A stretch of DNA of 62,857 nt from a virus (Duplodnaviria; Caudoviricetes), in IMG/VR virus record IMGVR_UViG_3300024308_000007, positions 1 through 62,857 of that record. One strand, 5' to 3'. This document shows, one piece after another, positions 54,311-62,857 of this stretch (positions are counted from its first letter, which is position 1; each line of letters starts with the position of its first letter). The position numbers and the translations under genes are program-made. Under the pieces are notes generated by a model. The model saw only the letters and a list, made by a program, of their open reading frames with translations. It did not search any database and had not been told where the DNA came from.

Positions 54311-57300
54311 GGCCAAGAACGTAACAGTCGGCTTTAAATACCTGATGTCGCTGCAGATGGGTATGTGCCGCGGGCCGGTAGACGCGCTGCTGGAAATCCG
54401 CGTGGGCGACCGAACGGCGTGGACGGGCGAAATGACGTCCAACACGAAGTTCGGCATCCACAAGGAAAACCTGTTCGGCGGCACCAAGGCAGAAGGGGGC
54501 ATCGACGGGGCTGCTGAATTCTACCTTGGCGGCGCCAGCCAGACCGTCTCGTCGAAGGTGAAGTCCATTCTGCCCGGTCTGTCGCCGGAGTTCAGGGGGA
54601 TCGTGACTCTGTTCTTCGACGGCATGGTATGCGCGATGAACCCGTACCCGAAACCGTGGGCGTTCAAACTGCGCCGACTGTTTCAGGGGTGGGACGGCGG
54701 CGCATGGTATCCGGACAAACTCCGCATCGACCAGACCACCACATACACCGATGACGAGGGCAAATCGCGCACTGGTACCATCCAGTCGATGAACGGCGTC
54801 CACATCCTGTACGAAGCCTGTACGAACCGCGTGTGGGGTCGCGGCATCCCGCGTTCGGCGATGTACGAGGCACAATGGAAGTACGCGGCTGACCTCGCCT
54901 ACGAAGAGGGCATGGGGCTTTGCCTGGCATGGAAACGTACCGACAACCTGGATTCCTTCGCGCAGATGATTCTGGATCACCTCGGCGCCACAATGTTCGT
55001 CGACAAACAGACTGGCCTGCTGACGATTAAACTGATCCGCGACGATTACGTGTTCGAACAGTTGCCGGTGTTCACGAACGATTCCGGCCTGCTGGAAGTC
55101 GAAGAGTGTTCGGTGGCCGCCGGTACCAGCCTGATTAACGAAATCGTGGTCGGCTTCCACTCGCCGTTGTCCAATGAGGACGGTAAGGTGCGCGCCCACA
55201 ACCTCGCCGGTATCCAGACGGCAGGGTCAATCGTGTCCAGCAGTGTGGACTACATGGGCGCGCCGACGGCCGAACTGGCGCAGCGACTGGCAGACCGCGA
55301 CCTGAATGCGCAGGCGCTGCCACTACGCGGCTTTAAGATCAAGGTCGACCACCGCGGCTGGAAGATTCAGCCAGGCACGGTCTTCCGTATTCAAGACCCG
55401 AAACGTGGCGGGATCGACATCGCCATCCGCGCTGGCGCCGTGGAGGAATTGCCGATTACCGACGGCTACCTGCATATCGCCGCAGTGGAAGACGTGTTCG
55501 CTATGCCGGTAAATGGCACGGCCGCCGTACAGCCGCCGCTGACCAATCCGCCGGATCGCCTGCCTGCCATTGCCCGCCGCCGTCAGTACGAAATCCCGTA
55601 TGCGCTCCTGAACCGCCTGTTCCCGCCTGGCGAGTTCAACGCCATCCAACCGCAATGGGGCTACTACGGCATGGCCGCAGAGAAGCCGACAGACTTGTCT
55701 ATGGGCTACGACCTCGCAATGCGCGCCGGTGGTGAGCCGTCATTCGAAATCCGCGGCCAGGGCGGTTTCGTGCCGCTGGGCGAACTAATGGAAAACATCT
55801 CCTACCTGACGACGCAGGTGAAGCTGAATAAGCTGAAAGACGAGGACGAAATGGCCGTCGGCGAGTGCATCTATCTCGGCGAAGAGATCATGCGCGTGGA
55901 CGCAATTGCCGAGTACGGATCGGAAGTCTGGCTGACGGTAGCGCGCGGCGTGTACGACACCGTGCCGGCCCCGCAAGCCGCTGGCCAACTGGCATGGTTC
56001 TTTGAAGACGAAGTCGGTTCGGATTCCGTGGCCTACGTCGGCGGCGAGAAGGTCGACGGGAAGGTGCTGCCGTACACTATGGCTGGCCGCTATCCGGAAG
56101 ACCAGGCGCCGATCGATACCGTGAACATGAACTTCCGCTTCTACCGCCCCTATCCGCCGGGGTACGTGTGGCTGAACAATCAGTGGCGCTGGTTCACCAA
56201 AACGTCGCTGAATAAGAACGCTCCGGTGCTGAACATCTCCTGGACACACCGCGACCGCGTGGCGCAGGAAGACACCCGCATCGATCACGAAATCGGGAAC
56301 ATTGGTCCGGAGCCAGGCACCACGTATGTCCTGCGATTCTTCAACGATAAAAACGTGCTGGTGCGGCAGGAAACCGGTATTACCGGCACCAGCTACCAGT
56401 ACCTTTGGTCGCAGGCGATGTCCGACCTTGGCGTGACCGAGCAGGACGACGGCCGCGTGTTCGACATGACCATTACCCTGTTCAGCCGCCGCAACAATTA
56501 CGAATCCTGGCAGGGCTACACCATGCGCATCCAGGTAGAGGACATTGCGACATACCTGCAGATGGCACAACTGGCGCAGCAGACCTCGCTGGTGGTTGAC
56601 GATACCAACGGTGGCGAGGATGACACGACGCCGACGCAGGGCTTGATGATGGCCAGTATGGCGCAGCAGACTGGCACCGAAGTGGATGACCGCGACGGCA
56701 GCGACGTTCCGGCGGACGGCCTGGCAATGGCCTCCCTTGGCCAAGCCGCGAGCCAGATGACGCTGATGCCGGTCACCATGGACGCAACCATCTTCGAAGC
56801 GCCGTATCTGGAGCTGTACCGCCTGAATCTCAGCCTGTCCAATTCCCGTCCGATGGGCGTGGTTGCCCGCACCTCTGACCGCCTGACTGACGGTTACGAA
56901 ATGTGGTCGACTAAGCTGGACGTGACCAAGGACGCCAAAGGCAATCCGATTTACACGCCTGTCGACTGGCAGTCTTCCGGCTCCGGCGCGTTCACTCCGT
57001 GGGCGGTGACCACTACGAAACTGGACTACCTGGATACGCAGGTTTCCTTCGGTGCGACCTCCGAGCAAGACGGGGTGCCGCTGGACGGCATCGCTGTGGG
57101 CGACCTCGCGCTGATCGATAAAGAGATTGTCCGCGTCGACTCTATCGGCAACGGCTTCCTGGTTCTCGGTCGCGGCGTGGCGGACACGGTACCGGCGGTT
57201 CACAATCCCAACACCCCGATCTGGTTCTTCCAGAAGAAAAACGCGATGTCCGGCTATGTCTACGGCGGCCAGGAATGGGTGGGCGTGAAGATGAAACCGG

Positions 57301-58103
57301 AAACCCACACTGTCCCATACCCGCTCGATCAGGTGCCGCAGACGAACATCCAGATGAACGTGCGACCGGTCCGGCCGTATGCCCCTGGCGACGTCTTCAT
57401 CGACAACCATCGCTGGTGGGTGCCGACCAAGGCGTACACGCTGGATTCTCAGGGCATCTACACCGCGCGCGACGTCAACCTGTCGTGGAAACACCGCGAC
57501 CGTCTGTCGCAGGCCGGTGACGCTGTCGACCACATGGCCGGTAACATCGGGCCGGAACCGGGCGTCAAATACCGCGTGTGGGTCGGGTATGTTCGGCCGA
57601 ACAGCAAAGGCGGCGCGTCCAAAACCACTCTGCGTCAGTACGACGTCGACGGTACCGGCTTCACATACACCGCGGCCATGGCTGTGGCGGATGGCGCGAA
57701 AGCGGGGCCGGTGTTCGATGCCTGTGGTGAAGTGACTATCATGATGACGCTGTTCGCGGTGAACCCAAGTGGTTTAGAATCATGGCAGGGATACTCGTTC
57801 TATCTGTCTGTACCGACAAATGCGTGTCCTCCGGGCAAACAGCCAGGCGGCGGCAACCAACCTCCTACGGGTGGCGGTGGTGGCTCCGGCGGCGGTAACC
57901 CTGGCGACCCAAGCGGTCCGGACGAGCCAGACCCGACTGACCCGACGACGCCTGACCCGACCGATCCAGTTGACCCTAACTGGCCACCGGAAGAACCGCC
58001 AGTCATCGTCGACCCGCCGGAGCCGCCAGACCCTGACTTCGAAGGTTCCTGGTCCTACGATTGGGATCATGGTTGGGCGAACACACTGCCGAAAACGATT
58101 TAA
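54303..58103 (+). CDS. central tail tip/fibre protein (gpJ-like) with duplicated C-terminal module
   Basis: LFGG...EGG, NPYPKPW, KLIRDDY, twice RG..DTVP...HRDR..Q; Pro/Asp-rich tail. Confidence 0.82.
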   Translation: MGKAKNVTVGFKYLMSLQMGMCRGPVDALLEIRVGDRTAWTGEMTSNTKFGIHKENLFGGTKAEGGIDGAAEFYLGGASQTVSSKVKSILPGLSPEFRGIVTLFFDGMVCAMNPYPKPWAFKLRRLFQGWDGGAWYPDKLRIDQTTTYTDDEGKSRTGTIQSMNGVHILYEACTNRVWGRGIPRSAMYEAQWKYAADLAYEEGMGLCLAWKRTDNLDSFAQMILDHLGATMFVDKQTGLLTIKLIRDDYVFEQLPVFTNDSGLLEVEECSVAAGTSLINEIVVGFHSPLSNEDGKVRAHNLAGIQTAGSIVSSSVDYMGAPTAELAQRLADRDLNAQALPLRGFKIKVDHRGWKIQPGTVFRIQDPKRGGIDIAIRAGAVEELPITDGYLHIAAVEDVFAMPVNGTAAVQPPLTNPPDRLPAIARRRQYEIPYALLNRLFPPGEFNAIQPQWGYYGMAAEKPTDLSMGYDLAMRAGGEPSFEIRGQGGFVPLGELMENISYLTTQVKLNKLKDEDEMAVGECIYLGEEIMRVDAIAEYGSEVWLTVARGVYDTVPAPQAAGQLAWFFEDEVGSDSVAYVGGEKVDGKVLPYTMAGRYPEDQAPIDTVNMNFRFYRPYPPGYVWLNNQWRWFTKTSLNKNAPVLNISWTHRDRVAQEDTRIDHEIGNIGPEPGTTYVLRFFNDKNVLVRQETGITGTSYQYLWSQAMSDLGVTEQDDGRVFDMTITLFSRRNNYESWQGYTMRIQVEDIATYLQMAQLAQQTSLVVDDTNGGEDDTTPTQGLMMASMAQQTGTEVDDRDGSDVPADGLAMASLGQAASQMTLMPVTMDATIFEAPYLELYRLNLSLSNSRPMGVVARTSDRLTDGYEMWSTKLDVTKDAKGNPIYTPVDWQSSGSGAFTPWAVTTTKLDYLDTQVSFGATSEQDGVPLDGIAVGDLALIDKEIVRVDSIGNGFLVLGRGVADTVPAVHNPNTPIWFFQKKNAMSGYVYGGQEWVGVKMKPETHTVPYPLDQVPQTNIQMNVRPVRPYAPGDVFIDNHRWWVPTKAYTLDSQGIYTARDVNLSWKHRDRLSQAGDAVDHMAGNIGPEPGVKYRVWVGYVRPNSKGGASKTTLRQYDVDGTGFTYTAAMAVADGAKAGPVFDACGEVTIMMTLFAVNPSGLESWQGYSFYLSVPTNACPPGKQPGGGNQPPTGGGGGSGGGNPGDPSGPDEPDPTDPTTPDPTDPVDPNWPPEEPPVIVDPPEPPDPDFEGSWSYDWDHGWANTLPKTI

Positions 58104-58114
58104 GGAGATACAGA

Positions 58115-58840
58115 ATGCCAGCAATTACCGCACCCCGTTATGGGGTGCTGTACGGATGGGCTGCAGGGGAGGACTTTTGGGGCGGTCCGATGAACGACAA
58201 CCTGCAGCTTTTGGATGCGCTTCTCTTCCCCTACATCCTGAACATGAACTTCGGGTCGCCGCCTCAGAACGTGGAGGATGGTGACCAGTACATCGTCTCG
58301 ACGCCGTCTTCCGGCGACTGGGCGAACCAGGACGGCAAACTGGCCTACCGCATCAATGGCCAGTGGATCTTCTTTGAGCCGACGCGAGGGGTGCGCGCCC
58401 GACTGGTCAACATCAATTCGTGGATCTGGTTCGATGGGGTGCAGTGGGTCGACGAGACTACCGGACAGGCGCCCGGTACCGACCCTGGCGTTCTCCCGCT
58501 TTACTATGACATCGGCGGCACGGTGCCGTATGCCGTCGACAAGGACGAATGGATCATGTGGTTGCCGCTGGTGCAGGCGGTATCCCTGCCAAAGAACGCG
58601 GTGGGAAGTTCGTTCCGTCTGGTGGCCGGTGTGTCGGGGTACGTGGAACTGGCTGTTTATCGCAATGCCACGAAGGTCGGACGAATCACGATCCCTTCCG
58701 GCGCGACAGTTGGCCAGTTCGACATTCCGAGTCCGGTATCGTTCGGCGCGGGCGACATCTTCGGTATTCAGGCTTCCGCTGATATTATCGAAGGATTCAA
58801 AAACTTCGGTTGGGCGTTTCGCCTGAACATTGTGACATGA
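58115..58840 (+). CDS. virion protein with DUF2793-like domain
   Basis: PP....GD.YIV.....GDW..QDGKLA.....W.F..P..G; AAGGAG RBS. Confidence 0.7.
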   Translation: MPAITAPRYGVLYGWAAGEDFWGGPMNDNLQLLDALLFPYILNMNFGSPPQNVEDGDQYIVSTPSSGDWANQDGKLAYRINGQWIFFEPTRGVRARLVNINSWIWFDGVQWVDETTGQAPGTDPGVLPLYYDIGGTVPYAVDKDEWIMWLPLVQAVSLPKNAVGSSFRLVAGVSGYVELAVYRNATKVGRITIPSGATVGQFDIPSPVSFGAGDIFGIQASADIIEGFKNFGWAFRLNIVT

Positions 58841-58849
58841 GGTGCATCA

Positions 58850-59791
58850 ATGCCATTCATTGACGGATTCGAACAATTCGATAAAGCAGAAAATCCGGCG
58901 GCCGAGATGCGTCTGGCCAACTACACCATTTTGGGGAACGTGGTGACCGGTACCGGACGCAAGACTGGACGTTCGCTCGTCTGCAGTGGCAGTTCAGTAT
59001 CCCGCGCGTGGCCGTGGACAGGCGACCGCTTTTCCGTGGGCTTCGCGTTTAAGTTCGACAAGCGCGGCGCCCTGATCCAGTTCAACAACGGGGTGACGCT
59101 GGCGCTGGATTCTTCTACCGGCCGCCCGTACTTCGTCGGTGGCGCAGTCGGCAACGCCGGCCCCGTAAAGAACCGCTGGTATTACTGCGAGGTCGAACTT
59201 CGCCGCAACGCGCGCCAGATGATTGTCTGGTTCAACGGCCGTCAGGATTTCGTCGGCACCATGCCGGAAGAACTGGCAACGGCTAACGTCGTTACCTGCC
59301 GTCTTAATCCGTGGAACGCGGTGGCCGATGACAACGGGTCGACGAAGAACTATGACGACTTCTACATGAACAACGGGGCGCGCATTCAGCCGATGCAGAT
59401 TGTCACCCGTTTCCCGAACAAGGACAACCAGCCTAACGAGTGGGCGCCGTCCACCAGTCCGACGGCGGCACACTGGGCGATGGTTGGCCCGTTGCCGACT
59501 GACAAACTCGACCGGTACCTGATCGCCAACGTGACCGGAGCCGAGGAATCGTTTAAGTCCTCGCAGGGATTACCAGATGGTTATAACGTTCTTGCGCTCG
59601 GTCTGGTATCGTTAGTCCGTAAAACCACCGTGGATAACCTGACGCTGACGATGAAATTCGGCGGCCGAAACATCCCGAACACCGACATCCCGATGGACTG
59701 GGCTTACCGGTATTCAGATGTGCCGGTGCAGGGGGATACCGCAGATTCCATCGTCGACGAAGCGTTCGGCGCAGTGCTTAACAGGAGCTAA
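58850..59791 (+). CDS. tail fibre paralog (LamG-like)
   Basis: IDGFEQF...WYYCEV...DDFYM...FG. Confidence 0.72.
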   Translation: MPFIDGFEQFDKAENPAAEMRLANYTILGNVVTGTGRKTGRSLVCSGSSVSRAWPWTGDRFSVGFAFKFDKRGALIQFNNGVTLALDSSTGRPYFVGGAVGNAGPVKNRWYYCEVELRRNARQMIVWFNGRQDFVGTMPEELATANVVTCRLNPWNAVADDNGSTKNYDDFYMNNGARIQPMQIVTRFPNKDNQPNEWAPSTSPTAAHWAMVGPLPTDKLDRYLIANVTGAEESFKSSQGLPDGYNVLALGLVSLVRKTTVDNLTLTMKFGGRNIPNTDIPMDWAYRYSDVPVQGDTADSIVDEAFGAVLNRS

Positions 59792-59794
59792 ACC

Positions 59795-60763
59795 ATGCTG
59801 ATCCATATGGACGGTTTCGAACAGTTTTCCAATATGACGAACACGCAGGTGGCCAAAGAGTTGCCTGCAGCCGGTTACACGGTGTCGGGTACCGTGGCCA
59901 TTAACAACGGCCGCACCAGCGACACGAAGGCGGTAGTTCTCGGCACATCCAATTCCGCGGGCAGTATCAAGCGCTCTTTCCTGTCCACGGCGCCGCTGAC
60001 GGTTATCGGTTTCGCCTACATGGCCGAGACAGCGCGCGAGGACATCGTGTCTATCGCCAACGGCTTCAAACTGGAATGGCCGGATAAGATTCAGATCAAC
60101 GGTGCGAAGGGGACAGTCGTGCCGGTGCTGGGCGTCTGGTATTACTATGAACTGGTGATCGATAAAGAGCAGAACCAGATTCAGGTGTACATCAACAACG
60201 TGCGGGATTTATCGGTACCGCTGCCTGCCGCGATGACAGGCCTGACCACGTTCGATTGCACCTGGGAGGCACCGGCCAAAAGCGTGAAGCGCCTGGACGA
60301 CCTGTTCGTGCTGAACAACGGTTCCGGCGGCGCGCCGGTTAATCGCGTTGGCCCGCAAGCCATTACTATGCGTCTGCCGACCAGCGACTTCGTGAAAGAG
60401 TGGAGTCCGGCTACAGGCGACGACCACTTCGCCATGGTCGACAACCTGCCGCCGTCGGAAACCGAGTTCATCAAGTCTTCCGTCAGCGGGGCGCAGGATC
60501 TGTTCAAAGCGGGGGCGACTGTCGGTACCGGCGACATCACGGCCGTCGGCGTCGTCGTGCGCGCGCGGAAGAATGACATCGACGCTCGCCAGATGGGCGT
60601 TGCGATCGGTCCGAAGGGGTCGACGCAGAAAGAAAACCTGATTACGAACCTCGACGTCGAACCGAAATACTTTTACTCGTTTTTCCCGACCGCGCCTGGT
60701 AATGTGGCGTGGGATAACACTAACCTGCAGGACACCCCGTTCGGTGTCATCGTCAGACCGTAA
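59795..60763 (+). CDS. tail fibre paralog (LamG-like)
   Basis: MDGFEQF...WYYYEL...DDLFV...RVGP...FGV. Confidence 0.72.
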   Translation: MLIHMDGFEQFSNMTNTQVAKELPAAGYTVSGTVAINNGRTSDTKAVVLGTSNSAGSIKRSFLSTAPLTVIGFAYMAETAREDIVSIANGFKLEWPDKIQINGAKGTVVPVLGVWYYYELVIDKEQNQIQVYINNVRDLSVPLPAAMTGLTTFDCTWEAPAKSVKRLDDLFVLNNGSGGAPVNRVGPQAITMRLPTSDFVKEWSPATGDDHFAMVDNLPPSETEFIKSSVSGAQDLFKAGATVGTGDITAVGVVVRARKNDIDARQMGVAIGPKGSTQKENLITNLDVEPKYFYSFFPTAPGNVAWDNTNLQDTPFGVIVRP

Positions 60764-60777
60764 CAGGAGACAGACAA

Positions 60778-61812
60778 ATGTTAATGTGGATTGATGGTTT
60801 CGACCACTACACCGCCGTTGGCCAGAGCGGCGCCGTAGTCCAGAGATACCTGGAAGCGGCGAACTACACCGTGCGTAACGCTGCTGCCAACACCTTCGCC
60901 GTGGTGGATGGTCGCATCGCCGGACAGCGCGCCCTGCAGTTCTCGGTACCGGCCAACACGACCACCGTGCCGTCGCTGTCGTGGGGCTACACTCCGGCCG
61001 TCGGCGCGACGAAGATCGTGTTCGGCTTTGCCATTAAGGCGACCGGCGCCCGTATGCGCGTCTGCCGTATTGAAGGGGGTGTTCTCGACCTCGACTGGGA
61101 TGCCTCAACCGGTAAGCTGAAAATCGGCTCTACGCTCGGCGCCGCGGTGCTGATCCTGAATGCCTGGTACTTCATTGAAGTCGTGCTGGACACGACGGCC
61201 AACACCATCACGGTTTACGCCAACGACGAACTGCAGTTGACCGTTCCGATGACCACCGCACCGTCCAATCCGGTGACGATTACGTGGGGGCAGACGGCCA
61301 CGCAGACTTCCGCCGGTGTTCAGGTTATCGACGACCTGTATGTGCTGGACAATGCTTCCGGCACCCGTATCGACCGCCTTGGTCCGTGTTCCGTGAACAC
61401 CCGCTTCCCGACCGCGGACATCACGACGCAGTGGACGATTGTTCCGAACGGCGCGAACCCTGCCCCGACTAACCACTACGACGTGGCGGCGCAGCTTTCT
61501 CCGCTGGAAACGAACAAGCCGTACCTGCAGTCCAACGTGAATGGCAACACCGACGAGTTCCGTTCGAATGCCGTGCTGCCGAACAGCAACACGATCTACG
61601 GCGTTGGCCTGGTGGCGCTGGCGCGTAAAGGTGACCTGGATGATCGTAAACTGGGTCTGAAACTGACCGTGTCCGGCACCAGCGACGAGAAGCAACTGGC
61701 GTTGATCGAGTCGAACAAGTATCTGCAGACTACCTACGAAACCCCTCCAGGGGGCGGGACGTGGTCGCAGAACGCCGTTGAGTCGGCAACCTTCGGCATC
61801 GTGACGCGTTAA
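60778..61812 (+). CDS. tail fibre paralog (LamG-like)
   Basis: IDGFDHY...WYFIEV...DDLYV...RLGP...FGI. Confidence 0.72.
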   Translation: MLMWIDGFDHYTAVGQSGAVVQRYLEAANYTVRNAAANTFAVVDGRIAGQRALQFSVPANTTTVPSLSWGYTPAVGATKIVFGFAIKATGARMRVCRIEGGVLDLDWDASTGKLKIGSTLGAAVLILNAWYFIEVVLDTTANTITVYANDELQLTVPMTTAPSNPVTITWGQTATQTSAGVQVIDDLYVLDNASGTRIDRLGPCSVNTRFPTADITTQWTIVPNGANPAPTNHYDVAAQLSPLETNKPYLQSNVNGNTDEFRSNAVLPNSNTIYGVGLVALARKGDLDDRKLGLKLTVSGTSDEKQLALIESNKYLQTTYETPPGGGTWSQNAVESATFGIVTR

Positions 61813-61821
61813 GGGGGCAAC

Positions 61822-62857
61822 ATGACCGTACTGTTTGCCGAAGGGTTTACCGGAGTTCAGCGCGCAACGTCGGGGCTGAATCTTTCCGCGTTAAACAAGT
61901 TAGGGTACATTTTCAAGGCGTTTAACAACGGGACGTCGGACGTCACGAATGCCGCGGCCTGGACGACCAGCGTGGCCGCCGACCCTGTTTTCGCAGACCG
62001 CAACCGCATGGCGCTGCAGACCACGGACAGCAGATATACGTGGATTGCGCAAGCACGAATGCCGGTCGACACTACCGGTTTCGAAAAATTTGTTATCGGA
62101 TTCACGGCAGAGGCGTTTTCTGCCACGGCGGTGGCCACGACGTTCTTGCAGATTATGCTGACGGGCAATACTCAGGTCACCACGTCGAACGCCCTGCCGA
62201 GTGACCTGATCGTCGGCGTGTCCGTGAACAACGATGGCGTGTCCACCGGCTACGTCTTTCATGATGCGGCGAGCGGGTCACAACCGCTGCCTACGGCGCT
62301 GAAAGCCAAGCTGATGCACATCGAAGCGTTGATCGAGCAGGACGTCGACCGCATCCGTGTTTACGTGGATGGGGTGCTGGTGCAGGACTACACCTACACC
62401 GGAACATTCGCCAAGGCAGACGGCGGATTCGGCATCGCCGCGCGCTTCCCTACCGCGCAGGCAAACGCCTCGTCGGGGGTGTGGTTCTCTAACATCTACA
62501 TGCTCGGCGTGGATGCCACGCATCCGGGAATTCTCGGTCCGGCCACGCGCATCCTGGAAGTGGCACCGCAGACGGATAAGGACGTAGAGTGGAAACACCC
62601 CGACGCCTACGCCAGCAACGCCGCCGTGCTGCAGCAATATTTCGATGCGGCTAATCCGGCATACCTGACAACGGGCGGGCCGGCTACCGACCTTTACGGT
62701 GGCCTGGACGCAGTTGGCCAGAACGCCGCTGCTGTCCATGGCGCCGTGTTCAAGATGCAGGCGATGACGATGGCCGAAGGAACGCATACACTGGCCAGTG
62801 CGGTGCAGTACGGCACCACCAAGGCGATCGGCACCAAAGAGTATCCGCTGACCCTGG
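61822..62857 (+). CDS. tail fibre paralog (LamG-like), continues into 1-237 (381 aa in total)
   Basis: AAGGGGG RBS; MTVLFAEGF...HIEALI...VYVDG...SNIYM...ILGP; no stop before the window end. Confidence 0.8.
   Translation, partial: MTVLFAEGFTGVQRATSGLNLSALNKLGYIFKAFNNGTSDVTNAAAWTTSVAADPVFADRNRMALQTTDSRYTWIAQARMPVDTTGFEKFVIGFTAEAFSATAVATTFLQIMLTGNTQVTTSNALPSDLIVGVSVNNDGVSTGYVFHDAASGSQPLPTALKAKLMHIEALIEQDVDRIRVYVDGVLVQDYTYTGTFAKADGGFGIAARFPTAQANASSGVWFSNIYMLGVDATHPGILGPATRILEVAPQTDKDVEWKHPDAYASNAAVLQQYFDAANPAYLTTGGPATDLYGGLDAVGQNAAAVHGAVFKMQAMTMAEGTHTLASAVQYGTTKAIGTKEYPLTL
62731..62857. repeat. 127-bp terminal direct repeat (circular assembly overlap)
   Basis: Identical to 1-127. Confidence 0.95.

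Noticed and set aside
55785-57533. 582-aa minus-strand ORF
   Set aside because: Antisense shadow of the tail tip gene

Overview
This window is a complete, circularly permuted genome (62,730 bp plus a 127-bp assembly overlap) of a lytic Chi-like siphophage (Casjensviridae-type organisation). The host is probably enterobacterial. Reading from the predicted cos site (25470-25481, GGGGCGCAGAGC), the order is: an iteron array and a leftward primase-helicase; rightward replication genes (Cas4-like DUF2800 nuclease, DUF2815 SSB, family A polymerase, VRR-NUC, SNF2 helicase); lambda-like head genes; tail genes; five paralogous fibre genes; a lysis cassette; a 15-kb leftward early region (RdgC, two DNA methyltransferases, exonuclease, MazG/ASCH-like proteins); and a 4.8-kb rightward 'pre-early' segment at the end predicted to be ejected first. 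I saw no integrase, tRNA or CRISPR array. Highlights: (1) a cytosine-C5 methyltransferase split across two almost fully overlapping reading frames, the hidden subunit having its own RBS; (2) a shared C-terminal acidic-hydrophobic tag (EDDLL-like) on about a dozen unrelated phage proteins; (3) a terminal segment enriched in GATC and CCWGG, lacking several palindromes common elsewhere, driven by operator-bearing promoters and bounded by triple repeats plus an IHF site, suggestive of staged DNA entry. All family calls come from motif recognition by eye; no database search was run.
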